Shown here: in pieces, positions 27,330 to 36,154 of the stretch | Layout of the letters: the number at the start of each line of letters is the position of its first letter | Numbering within the stretch: the stretch's first letter is position 1 | IMG/VR virus record: IMGVR_UViG_3300048091_000425 | Length of the DNA: 64,000 nucleotides | Reading direction: 5' to 3' (one strand) | Source: a virus | The notes under the pieces: generated by a model | The model's input: the letters and a program-made list of their open reading frames with translations, nothing else | Databases searched by the model: none | What the model was told of the DNA's origin: nothing | Program-made: the position numbers and the translations under genes

Positions 27330-27701
27330 TTACCGGGCGACGAGTGTGCCTGAAACAGATTCAGCAGCGCCTTGCTCGGCCAGTTCGGAGCAATACAGCG
27401 AGAACCGGCGATGGTAATCGGTATGGCCTGCGGCGCTGCGCTCAACTCGCACCAACGACTCCAGGGTCACGCTCGAATTGCCGGCCTCATGGATCTTTTC
27501 GACCAGCGTATTGCACATACGAACCACGTAATGAGGCGCCTTGTAGACAGGATCATGGCGCAAGTCGTCGGCCTTGATGCCGCGAAGAGACGATTCAATG
27601 ATCGTTGCATAAGGCTCATAAGCCCCGGCAGGTGTTTTGGCTGGCTCCACCGGTACGGTTCCCCAGTAAAACAGGTCTTTCAATCGATTCAACAAACTCA
27701 T
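27330..27701 (-). CDS. Hypothetical protein
   Basis: 123 aa; 'GHTDY..RF.LYC.EL' pattern. Confidence 0.65.
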   Translation of the reverse strand: MSLLNRLKDLFYWGTVPVEPAKTPAGAYEPYATIIESSLRGIKADDLRHDPVYKAPHYVVRMCNTLVEKIHEAGNSSVTLESLVRVERSAAGHTDYHRRFSLYCSELAEQGAAESVSGTLVAR

Positions 27702-27834
27702 GACGACTACCTTTCTGTGATGGCTGGCATTGTAATGGCATGGTGGATTTCAATCCAGCCATATGGAGGCACGCCAGACGATAAGGCTAGAGAGAAGTCG
27801 CCACTCCAGCGCGAAGCGTCTGGCTACGCTGTCA

Positions 27835-28173
27835 TCAACCCGGCAGAGGCGACAGGCGATGCCACAAGGTGCCAACAGGGGCGTCGGTGACGTAGCGGGT
27901 GCCGCCGTAGATCAAGCGATCATCCTTGGCGTACTCGACGGTGTACACGCCAGTGCGCGGCGGAGTATCGCCAAACTTTTCCGCGACCGCATACAGACCG
28001 GGCTCGGTTGGCGCTTCAGGTGTCCAGCTAAACTTCCGGGCTGCCATGTCCCAGCCTTGGCGCACTCCTTGCTCGACCACAGAGTTATCGACCGAGCCCA
28101 GGGGGCCGGTATCCAGGATTTGTACGCAGTCGACAGCTTCGGAGATTTCTTTCTCAGTTGGCTTGAGCATCAC
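27835..28173 (-). CDS. Phage-like hypothetical protein
   Basis: 112 aa; 'PTEPGLY' module. Confidence 0.55.
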   Translation of the reverse strand: MMLKPTEKEISEAVDCVQILDTGPLGSVDNSVVEQGVRQGWDMAARKFSWTPEAPTEPGLYAVAEKFGDTPPRTGVYTVEYAKDDRLIYGGTRYVTDAPVGTLWHRLSPLPG

Positions 28174-28182
28174 AATTTATCC

Positions 28183-28503
28183 TTAATGTTGAGACGGAAT
28201 ATCGCCGGATTCCGGCGCTGTAGCGATTTCGAGTGCGTCCTCGAATACGCAGTTTTCGACAATGATGCCTTCACCCGAGGCACGAATGATGTCCGGGAAA
28301 TCGAGCAATTTGATCTCAATGTCCGCTGCCACAACACTTTCCAGAGTCGGGAAGTAGGTGCACTCGAAAATCACGAAACTTCCACCATCAACCACGTCAA
28401 CATGGTTACGCTCAAGGTCGACCAGACACGTGTAGCCTGGGCCTGGATTTTCGGTTCGGCGAGTAGAGCCATTCCAGTCGACGAAAAATCCCTTGATCTC
28501 CAT
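28183..28503 (-). CDS. Acidic hypothetical protein
   Basis: 106 aa after promoter copy 3. Confidence 0.65.
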   Translation of the reverse strand: MEIKGFFVDWNGSTRRTENPGPGYTCLVDLERNHVDVVDGGSFVIFECTYFPTLESVVAADIEIKLLDFPDIIRASGEGIIVENCVFEDALEIATAPESGDIPSQH

Positions 28504-28564
28504 ACCGTAGCCTCTTGCGTTGAATGATGGCGGCGCCCTACTGCGAGGGTAAGCCCGATGAACA

Positions 28565-28594
28565 GATTATGTATTACTCTAGAGATTACCGCAA
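28565..28594 (-). promoter_or_regulatory. CTAG-operator promoter (copy 3)
   Basis: TTGCGG-taatctCTAGagtaata-CATAAT. Confidence 0.6.
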
Positions 28595-28633
28595 GACCAC
28601 CATCGCACAAATTTTCTGACGGGCTCGAAACAC

Positions 28634-28659
28634 AAAAAGCCTGGGAATCCCAGGCCTTT
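28634..28659. terminator. Terminator
   Basis: GCCTGGG-AAT-CCCAGGC with A/T flanks. Confidence 0.7.
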
Positions 28660-28676
28660 CAAGTGTTGCGGAAGCC

Positions 28677-29594
28677 TTATGGCGCCGGAGAATCGTCTTC
28701 TGGTATGTGCACCGGTTGCTTCGCCACCTGGTTACGCGTCACCAGAAGAATAATGAGGTGGCTATCCACAGCCACCTCATCATACTGAGGAAGGCTGTCA
28801 CACACTTCATACGCAAGCTCTTCGACCTTGCTTTTGGCATGACGGCTTCCGGAGTTGAGCTCGGGGAGCAAAATATCGATGGCTTTGACGCTTGGGTGGG
28901 ATTTGATTTTCTCCCATACCGCCATCTCATGTTCACACCGATAGGTCATCTCCAGGTGCCAGGAGAGCTCCTCCGTCGTCTTCGCGCCGATGTGTTCAGC
29001 AAAGGTCACGAAATCTGGATCGCACTTCTCTGCCAGTTCTTCGACCAGACGGTACAGACTGATAGCTGACATAGCTCCAGCGACGGAGGTCTCATGGCCG
29101 GGGAATTGACTTCGTACGAATGGGCCAACCGATGCCCAAAGCGGCGACTCCAAGGTGTATTTTACATTGGCATCCCTGGCATCACGCTCCGCCTTAATCT
29201 CCAAATCCGTTTTTCGATACTCGGTCAGCATTTTTTCCGGCCAACTCTGCCCGATCTTTTTTGCTTGCGCAGACAAGATTTCATTAAATCGATTAATTTC
29301 AGCGTCTCCGAACTTAGCAAGCAATTTTTCCGGCCAAGGCATCATAGGAGGGCGCTCAAACAAGGTCGCATTAACCGGGTTCAAGGACAGTTGAATTTCG
29401 GCACCCCAAACGCGATCACTGAAACGATGGACAGCGTTCGCGTTGAGTTCCCCAGTGATGGCATCTAAGAGTGAGCTGTCACCTACTGTGCCCAGGTACT
29501 GTAGGTTCTCCTTGATTCGCTCCGGCGCAAAACCAAACTGCTCTTTGCAAGCTTCTTGCAGAACGACAAACAGCGCTTCAATGCGACGGCTCAT
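28677..29594 (-). CDS. Hypothetical protein, 'LQEAC..QFGFA.ERI..NLQY.G' family copy C
   Basis: Clear paralogy to 29663-30478 and 30970-31755. Confidence 0.8.
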   Translation of the reverse strand: MSRRIEALFVVLQEACKEQFGFAPERIKENLQYLGTVGDSSLLDAITGELNANAVHRFSDRVWGAEIQLSLNPVNATLFERPPMMPWPEKLLAKFGDAEINRFNEILSAQAKKIGQSWPEKMLTEYRKTDLEIKAERDARDANVKYTLESPLWASVGPFVRSQFPGHETSVAGAMSAISLYRLVEELAEKCDPDFVTFAEHIGAKTTEELSWHLEMTYRCEHEMAVWEKIKSHPSVKAIDILLPELNSGSRHAKSKVEELAYEVCDSLPQYDEVAVDSHLIILLVTRNQVAKQPVHIPEDDSPAP

Positions 29595-29662
29595 AAAGAA
29601 ATCCTTGGAAAAATGGAGCTCTGCTCGAGCTATTCGGTGAAAAGGTGAATCGCTTGGAAGCC

Positions 29663-30478
29663 CTACGGCTCCATGGACGGCTCGTCCGCCTTTTGTGATG
29701 GCGCCGAAGCGCGTGCTGATTCAGCTTTCCGCGCCGATCTGTCACGCATCACCAGGACGATGAGAAGACTTTCAGTGGTTGGTGAAAGATGATGCTGAGG
29801 CAGCAATGGGAACATCTCAGTTGAAAGGCGACCGGCTTCTTTGTCAGCCGCTTTATCGCCGGCCAGCACCTGGTCGATCAGGTTTTCGATAGCCTGAATG
29901 TTCGGGTGATCCTTCACCAAATCCCACACTTCCAGCTCCGCCTCTCGATGGTGGGTCTTAAGAAGATATGAAGACAGCTCGTGGAGATCCTGAGTCCCCA
30001 TTTTTTCAGCAAAAGCAGCCAACTCAAGGTCGCCTTTTGCTGAAAGCTCTACAACGAGATCGTAGGCACCCACCCTTGGCACTGGGGCGGAGCCGTTGTA
30101 GGTCGGATGATCACGGAACATGGCGTGAATGTCAGCGCTGTAGCTGGCCCATAACGGAGACGCCAACGCAAAACGCAACTTCTCATCCCAAGCCTCCTGC
30201 TCCGCCTGAAGCTGCTCATCGGATTTGCAGTAGGCCTGCAACAGGCTTTCTGGCCAATCTGGCTCATCCTCACCTTCACGCTGAAAGAGAGTGGCTGTCG
30301 GCGGGTTCAGTGACAAATGGATCTCGGAATGCGACATGTGATCGCGAAACCGATGACTGACGCCAGTCAGTGGCCCCATGTACTGGAGATTGTCCGAGAT
30401 GCGCTCCGGGGCAAAACCAAACTGCGCTTTACAGGCTTCTTGCAGTATGACGAACAACGCGTCGGTGCGACGGCTCAT
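29663..30478 (-). CDS. Same family, copy B
   Basis: Start MSRRTDALF at 30478. Confidence 0.8.
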   Translation of the reverse strand: MSRRTDALFVILQEACKAQFGFAPERISDNLQYMGPLTGVSHRFRDHMSHSEIHLSLNPPTATLFQREGEDEPDWPESLLQAYCKSDEQLQAEQEAWDEKLRFALASPLWASYSADIHAMFRDHPTYNGSAPVPRVGAYDLVVELSAKGDLELAAFAEKMGTQDLHELSSYLLKTHHREAELEVWDLVKDHPNIQAIENLIDQVLAGDKAADKEAGRLSTEMFPLLPQHHLSPTTESLLIVLVMRDRSARKAESARASAPSQKADEPSMEP

Positions 30479-30559
30479 AACGAATTCCTTGGAATTTTGG
30501 TGCATGCTTCCAGCCTGACTAATCAGCCAGGCGTGGGTCAATGCTCAGCGGTAAGGCTT

Positions 30560-30925
30560 CTACTCGGCCACCCAGTTGCTACGGGTGATTTTTGGCTTGC
30601 TGTGAGCCGCTGTGAAGCACGCTTGCGCTTCGGCCAGTGCCTGAGCTGTTTTATTCCTGGCGGCCTCCCAGGCGAGCGTTATGGCGGCGTCAACGTCTTC
30701 CGGAGCGTCGACGTAAACCCAACACAAAATCCCGGTACTGGAAGCCACGCATTCCACACAGGCCAATGCCTCGACCTTGATTCGCTTGCCATGAGCGGTG
30801 TCGAATACCACCGCCCCTTTCCGAGCGGGAATGGTAACCACCTCGATGGTCATCTCACCGCCAAGTCCAGCAGTCAGCAAGACGCGGAACAGCTCGGTGT
30901 TGAAGCCCTGCTTTGACGTGGCCAT
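30560..30925 (-). CDS. Hypothetical protein
   Basis: 121 aa between copies A and B. Confidence 0.55.
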   Translation of the reverse strand: MATSKQGFNTELFRVLLTAGLGGEMTIEVVTIPARKGAVVFDTAHGKRIKVEALACVECVASSTGILCWVYVDAPEDVDAAITLAWEAARNKTAQALAEAQACFTAAHSKPKITRSNWVAE

Positions 30926-30969
30926 GCTCGTCGCCCCTCGGATTATTCAATTGTGGATCAGCGAAGATC

Positions 30970-31755
30970 TTACGGCGCCGGCGAGGGTGGTTCTGGTTCC
31001 GACGACGCAATCATCGATCTATTTCGCATGGTCAGGATTATGATCTGGCTTGCGACGCCCTCCCCTTGGAGATGGCTCGGGAGGGCTTCTTCTATTTCAC
31101 GAGCGAGGCGCTTAGCTTCTTTGTCTGCCGAGCTGACACCCAGCAGAACCTCATCAGTCACTTTCACGATAGCCTTGAGCTTTGGATTCTCTTTAATCGC
31201 CGCCCATATCTGATCTTCAATTTCGAGTTTGTAGACATCAATCAGGTAAAACGTGAGTTCTTGAACGTCTGGAGTTCCCATTCGCTTAGAAAAAGCGACG
31301 AATTCCGGATCTGCCTGACCAAGCAGCTCACCGACCAGGTTGTAAGCCCCAATAAACGGCTCAGTCCCTGTAACCTGGTTCGGCTGCTCGGGGAACAAGG
31401 AGCGGATGTACGCACCGTGAGTGGCCCACAATGGCGACTCAAGGGTCAGCCGTATGTTTGCCAGCCGGGCATCATGCTCAACCTGAAGTTGATCATCGGA
31501 TTTTCGGTATTCGGTCAGCAGACTTTCTGACCAATCCAGTTCTGGCTGACCTGGTCGCTCAAAAAGCGCGGCAGACAAAGGATTCAAGGTCAGATGAATT
31601 TCTGCGTGGGACAGTGTATCGCGGAAGCGATGTTGGCCATCGTGCAATGGCCCCATGTATTGGAGGTTGTCCGAGATTCGTTCCGAGGCAAAACCAAATT
31701 GCTTACCACAGGCTTCCTGGAGCATCTCAAACAACACATCGACATCACGGCTCAT
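30970..31755 (-). CDS. Same family, copy A
   Basis: MSRDVDVLFEMLQEACGKQFGFASERISDNLQYMGP. Confidence 0.8.
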   Translation of the reverse strand: MSRDVDVLFEMLQEACGKQFGFASERISDNLQYMGPLHDGQHRFRDTLSHAEIHLTLNPLSAALFERPGQPELDWSESLLTEYRKSDDQLQVEHDARLANIRLTLESPLWATHGAYIRSLFPEQPNQVTGTEPFIGAYNLVGELLGQADPEFVAFSKRMGTPDVQELTFYLIDVYKLEIEDQIWAAIKENPKLKAIVKVTDEVLLGVSSADKEAKRLAREIEEALPSHLQGEGVASQIIILTMRNRSMIASSEPEPPSPAP

Positions 31756-31951
31756 AGCAATTTCCCTGAAATTGAGGTTTCGAATTCTCTCGGTTGTAGC
31801 ACTTTGCCGGAAACAGGATCGCGGTCAGGTCTTTCTCGTTAACGTCCAGCTCGACGATTTCGACGCTGTCGAATTCGTCCGACTTGCGCGCTTTAACCAG
31901 CTCACCCTTGAGGTATTCCGGGTTGTCGCTTATTCGTATTCCGACATGCAA
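31745..31951 (-). CDS. Small hypothetical protein
   Basis: 68 aa. Confidence 0.5.
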   Translation of the reverse strand: MHVGIRISDNPEYLKGELVKARKSDEFDSVEIVELDVNEKDLTAILFPAKCYNRENSKPQFQGNCYEP

Positions 31952-32037
31952 GCGATGGCTTCAATGCCGTATTCACCTTGATAGGCACATTTACGTTGAG
32001 CAACGAAGACGTGAATTTTCATTTTTCGCTTCCTGCT

Positions 32038-32931
32038 TTATGGGTGATTACGCCATTTCGCTGCTAGGCCCTTAAGTTCGTCGCGGATGACGTTCAAATT
32101 AAGTGGGCTTAGACGCTTCTTATCGGCAATAAAAGCGGTCAGCAGAAACCCCTCCCCGAACCATTTGCGCCCAGGTTTGACGTAGCAAGAAACCGGAGCA
32201 TTGATTGTCTCTTGAAGAGCCAGCATGTCAGCCGAGACAGGAACATACTTCTTGTTCAACAGAACCCAAACAATAACACCCTCAGTCTTCAGCTGGTAAT
32301 CATAAGCAACCAGCGCATGACCATGGAAATCTCCACTGAAAGTTTTGTAGACCGAGGCGATAAACTCCTGAGAAAGCAGATTATCCTCATCCAAAATCCC
32401 GCAATCTTCGGAAAACGAGAAGGTCTTGAAATAGCCTTCCAACAGCGGCAATCCGTGAATACCTCGATCCATTTTAGTCGCCGGGTAATCGAAAAGCTTG
32501 CGCTCCGGATCCACCTGGCGCATCAGCATGAACAACGGCTCGACGCCACACAGTTCAGTGACCTCCACAAGATCGGTCAGCGGAATACTCCGGTCAGTGC
32601 CCACGTAACGCTCGAAAATATTCTTGAGCAAGGCCCTGGCGCTGTGCAGGCCTGGTTTTGCCTCCAACTGCGCAAGCGAGGTCACATCCACCGTAGTTCT
32701 GGCTCTGGCGAGATCGTAGGAGGTCTGCAGGCTCATCCAGAAATCAGCCTTCTCGTTGAGTACCTTCTCGAGGCGGATGGCTGTCTCCGGGGTGATTGCG
32801 GCCTTGCCGGTCAGAATCCGACTGATGCTGGCGGGAGACATGCCCATGGCCACTGCCAGTTCTGAAGGCCGGACATTCATATGGGGCAGGATGTCAGAAG
32901 AGATGATTTCGCCGGGGGATCTGATCGTCAT
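32038..32931 (-). CDS. higA: HigA-family antitoxin HTH fused to an unknown ~210-aa domain; no toxin
   Basis: SPGEII...ELAVAMG.S...ISRIL.GK..ITPE.AIRL....ADFWMSLQ..YDL. Confidence 0.8.
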   Translation of the reverse strand: MTIRSPGEIISSDILPHMNVRPSELAVAMGMSPASISRILTGKAAITPETAIRLEKVLNEKADFWMSLQTSYDLARARTTVDVTSLAQLEAKPGLHSARALLKNIFERYVGTDRSIPLTDLVEVTELCGVEPLFMLMRQVDPERKLFDYPATKMDRGIHGLPLLEGYFKTFSFSEDCGILDEDNLLSQEFIASVYKTFSGDFHGHALVAYDYQLKTEGVIVWVLLNKKYVPVSADMLALQETINAPVSCYVKPGRKWFGEGFLLTAFIADKKRLSPLNLNVIRDELKGLAAKWRNHP

Positions 32932-32960
32932 GATGAGGCTTATCCTGAGGTAATGATCCG

Positions 32961-32994
32961 ATTGTAGTTGCTCCTTGCGTAAGGCGCAACTACA
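32961..32994 (-). promoter_or_regulatory. higA promoter covered by a 32-bp inverted repeat
   Basis: TTGCGC-17-TACAAT; TGTAGTTGC-tCCTT-gcgt-AAGGc-GCAACTACA. Confidence 0.7.
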
Positions 32995-33025
32995 TAGTCA
33001 ATACTCAGCAAATAACTTGCTTAAC

Positions 33026-33319
33026 CTACCAAGTGCCCGTGAAGGAGTACTCGAGCTGACGGGCAGCCTCGGAACGCATGTTGCGCCAGACTATGAGCCA
33101 CTCATCCAAGGTGTAATCACTCAAGCGAGGCACCATCACCGAGCAGCTCGACCAGTTGGCCGCTCCGCCACCGGTGAAGTACAGGTAGCCATTCCCTTTG
33201 ACCAAACGCTCTTTTGCGCCGATCTTGGCCAGCGCGTCGTTGACAGCGGCAAAGGTCAGTCGAGGACGCTGCTCCGATGCGGTCTTGTCTTTAACGGTGG
33301 TGCGTTTGGAGGTCGACAT
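33026..33319 (-). CDS. Hypothetical protein
   Basis: 97 aa after promoter copy 4; no RelE/HigB features seen. Confidence 0.6.
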   Translation of the reverse strand: MSTSKRTTVKDKTASEQRPRLTFAAVNDALAKIGAKERLVKGNGYLYFTGGGAANWSSCSVMVPRLSDYTLDEWLIVWRNMRSEAARQLEYSFTGTW

Positions 33320-33353
33320 ACCAGGCTTCCTGCTGAATGGGTCATTGAGGAAG

Positions 33354-33382
33354 ATAGTATTACGCTAGGGGTTAATTAGCAA
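33354..33382 (-). promoter_or_regulatory. CTAG-operator promoter (copy 4)
   Basis: TTGCTA-attaacccCTAGcgtaa-TACTAT. Confidence 0.75.
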
Positions 33383-33492
33383 GCATCCGCACAATTATTT
33401 TGATTGTTTGGGAGGCTCTGTTAACCTGGATGGCTCTGTTGAATTCAGGGCGAGTTCGCGAGTGGCGTGCTCCTAGAGTCCTGGTACCGAAC

Positions 33493-33729
33493 ATGAGCAG
33501 ATCACGCCGCAAGACCCCGATAATCGGCCACACCACAGCCGTCTCCGAATCCTTCGACAAAGCCAAGTGGCACCGCGCTTTTCGCCGAGCTGAGAATAAA
33601 CGCCTGAGCTGCGACCCTGAAAGCGAATCGCACCACCTGAAAGAGTTCTTTAATCCGTACAGCATGCACAAGGACGGCAAGCAGTGGATTGGGATTCCGT
33701 GCCGCCACCCGGAAGAAATGCGAAAGTGA
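33493..33729 (+). CDS. Small basic protein (MSRSRRKTP...KDGK type)
   Basis: MSRSRRKTPI.G.TTA.SE..DK..WHR..R ... M.KDGK pattern. Confidence 0.65.
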   Translation: MSRSRRKTPIIGHTTAVSESFDKAKWHRAFRRAENKRLSCDPESESHHLKEFFNPYSMHKDGKQWIGIPCRHPEEMRK

Positions 33730-33764
33730 CCTCGCGCTCTGCCTAACCGCCTGATCCTGGTCAG

Positions 33765-34202
33765 CTAGAGCGCGTAGTCTTCCTCATCAAAACACAACTC
33801 GGCACCCCGGAGAATATTGGTCTCCACCACGGGCACGCCAGCGGCAGCATGCTCAGCCGTGAAGAACTCGGCCAATCCACGTTCAGTGGCTGCCATTTTA
33901 CATTCGCCATCGTAGATGTTGCAGCCAATCAAGACGATATCCCCCATCCCCTTCCCGTGCGGTTGCATCATCACAATCGTGGCGACACCTACGCGGGCCA
34001 ATTGCTCCTTGGTGAACACGCTGAAAACGGACAGTTTCGGATTGTTGAACTGCCTGATCCATCGGGCGGCGTCTTCGTGGGTCGAGAACCGACGATAGCG
34101 AGCCGCTGGGAAGCCATGAACCTGCTCGTACGCACCGTAGTACCAAGACTCGTACACACCGGGATTAAGGCCTTTGGCAACAGCGTAGTATTTGTGTCCC
34201 AT
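33765..34202 (-). CDS. RNase H1 hybrid-binding (Cauli_VI/viroplasmin) domain fusion
   Basis: KYYAVAKG..PGVY.SW......V.GFP.ARYRRF.T.E.A..W; C-terminus is not RNase H. Confidence 0.8.
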   Translation of the reverse strand: MGHKYYAVAKGLNPGVYESWYYGAYEQVHGFPAARYRRFSTHEDAARWIRQFNNPKLSVFSVFTKEQLARVGVATIVMMQPHGKGMGDIVLIGCNIYDGECKMAATERGLAEFFTAEHAAAGVPVVETNILRGAELCFDEEDYAL

Positions 34203-34210
34203 ATCGGCTC

Positions 34211-34402
34211 CTATCGCCGTAGAGCTTTACGCTTGGCCTTGGCAAAGCGTTCGTTTATCGATTTCTCAGTTTCCGAGCTGACAAGCTCACGTGCAAAATC
34301 GCTCACAGGCGCTTTTGACTCGTAGCGGCGCAAAACTCTCGTGAGGAAGTCGTCCTTTTTGCCGAAGCGGATGACCTTGATCAAATTCATGAACCACTTC
34401 AT
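34211..34402 (-). CDS. Small basic protein
   Basis: 63 aa with GGAG RBS to the next gene. Confidence 0.5.
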   Translation of the reverse strand: MKWFMNLIKVIRFGKKDDFLTRVLRRYESKAPVSDFARELVSSETEKSINERFAKAKRKALRR

Positions 34403-34635
34403 TCCCGCTGCTCCGGCGCGAGTGAAACCACTCGGTTGTTATAGTCGACGACCATCGCTTGCGAGCACTTGCTGTTACGGCACACTAGCTCCTGGAATTG
34501 CAGCATCGTCGTTGGCGGTTCAAACGACTTTGTACACGCCGGGCACGTCACGCTCCAGCGATTCGTTCGTTTGTCACTCGACGCCCCCAGATACTCCGGA
34601 GTCGTCTCTGCTTTGGCCATAATAATTGCCTTCAA
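34399..34635 (-). CDS. Small zinc-ribbon protein
   Basis: CPAC...CRNSKC. Confidence 0.6.
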   Translation of the reverse strand: MKAIIMAKAETTPEYLGASSDKRTNRWSVTCPACTKSFEPPTTMLQFQELVCRNSKCSQAMVVDYNNRVVSLAPEQRE

Positions 34636-35456
34636 ATGACTTGTCCGCTAGCTACTGCCGCCCGCGCCTGCCGGAAGTCGCGCTTGAGGTGCACGTACAC
34701 CACATAGGCGCCCAGGGCTGCCACCAGGTGCTTGATCGAATGACCGCTCACGTACATGAAGGCCTCGTAGATCGCGCCGTCCCAGTGCTCGCAGGCCTTG
34801 GCCGTGGCGTAGTACACGATCACCAGCCAGATCGTTTTCGACTTCAAGAACTCGGCCTTGGTCTTGCTGATGAGGATTGGAACCAAAACCAGGGGCAGGA
34901 ACTGCACCAGGACGTATGGACGCAAGTCGCCATGGCCCTGCCCTTCGGTATACCACCAGTAGCCCACCGAGCCGATACCCAGCACCAGCAGCGGCCCAAG
35001 CAAGGCTTTGGCCAGCGGCATGCTCGCGTGGTACCCGATCACCATGCAGAAGAAGGCCATGAACGAAATGGTCATCGGCAGCCTGTCCCATACCAGGGTC
35101 AGGTTGGTCGGATTGGAGTGGTAGTACGCTGATCCGAGCCCAGTCAGCAGGATGCCGATGAAGAACGTGATGAACAGAGAAGTCGCCTCTTTGCCGGCGA
35201 ACCGCCAGGCCTGCCGAAACTTGACCATGCACGTCAGAACCAGGCCGGACACGCCCAGCGTGATGAACGGCAGATTGGAGGCCACATTCCAGAAGTTGTC
35301 GACGCCCAGCAGGTGCCGGTGGTCAACAAACAGGTGGTAGGCAGGATCCTGACTGATCGCCGGGATGAAGAACAACGCCATGAAAGCGACCACCGCAACG
35401 GCGGCCATGACCCAGGCTTTCACAGCCGAAATGCTGAACTGCACGGTAACGCTCAT
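34632..35456 (-). CDS. Alkaline ceramidase-like (CREST) multi-TM hydrolase
   Basis: YH.F.D.R...G..NFWNV.SNLPF, GSAYYH, WDRLPM, GHSIKH Zn ligands; about 7 TM. Confidence 0.85.
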   Translation of the reverse strand: MSVTVQFSISAVKAWVMAAVAVVAFMALFFIPAISQDPAYHLFVDHRHLLGVDNFWNVASNLPFITLGVSGLVLTCMVKFRQAWRFAGKEATSLFITFFIGILLTGLGSAYYHSNPTNLTLVWDRLPMTISFMAFFCMVIGYHASMPLAKALLGPLLVLGIGSVGYWWYTEGQGHGDLRPYVLVQFLPLVLVPILISKTKAEFLKSKTIWLVIVYYATAKACEHWDGAIYEAFMYVSGHSIKHLVAALGAYVVYVHLKRDFRQARAAVASGQVI

Positions 35457-36064
35457 TATTGTTCCTTACGATCTTCAGGGATTGCAGTTTCAGTCGGTGG
35501 CTTTACCCATGGCCCCCAATACCGTTTGGACATAAGCTCGTGCCACTTGGTATCGCCATGAAAGAGACCGGAAGCCATGTTCCGTTCCGGGCAATACCAA
35601 ACCCAATCGCCGGGGAACGGTGCCCAATACCAACCACGTGGAACCGCCTGCATCGCAGACTCTGCGTGCCAGCCTGGCGTAAGTGGCACCTGGTCTGCTT
35701 TGAGCGCCTCACCGACGAGATAGCTTAGCCACATCTGGCGCTCTTTAAACATCCCTTCTGGAGGTTCATTGCCGGCTTCGATGTGAACAGCCATCCGGTT
35801 GCCCACATTGACGAGCTTTTCCTCAAGCTCAGCACGCCCGTCCGAGCCAGCGCGGGTGTTCCATGCGCGGCGAGTAGCGGCATCGAAGCCATCCAAGTCA
35901 AACTTACTGGCACTGTCCACGAAATCACTGCGGTTTACGGCTGGCCCGCGAGCCCCGCAAAAACACAGTACGAAGCCACGCCCATGCTCCGAGGCAAGCC
36001 CCATCCCTTCGTGTTCCCCGCAATGGGCGCAGTGTGCGTAGTGCTTGTCCGGAAACATCGTCAT
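35456..36064 (-). CDS. Lar-like zinc-binding domain protein
   Basis: CAHCG...CFCGARGP...A.RAWNTRA. Confidence 0.6.
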   Translation of the reverse strand: MTMFPDKHYAHCAHCGEHEGMGLASEHGRGFVLCFCGARGPAVNRSDFVDSASKFDLDGFDAATRRAWNTRAGSDGRAELEEKLVNVGNRMAVHIEAGNEPPEGMFKERQMWLSYLVGEALKADQVPLTPGWHAESAMQAVPRGWYWAPFPGDWVWYCPERNMASGLFHGDTKWHELMSKRYWGPWVKPPTETAIPEDRKEQ

Positions 36065-36154
36065 GGCAATTTCCTTGAAAAGTTAAGCTGGTGACGTGTG
36101 GCGTTATGGGAAAGAGCCAGCCTCCTGCGGAGGAGTGTCGACTCTCTCGATCCC

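Noticed and set aside
33026-33319. HigB toxin partner for higA
   Set aside because: No RelE-fold motifs, and it is separated from higA by an independent promoter.
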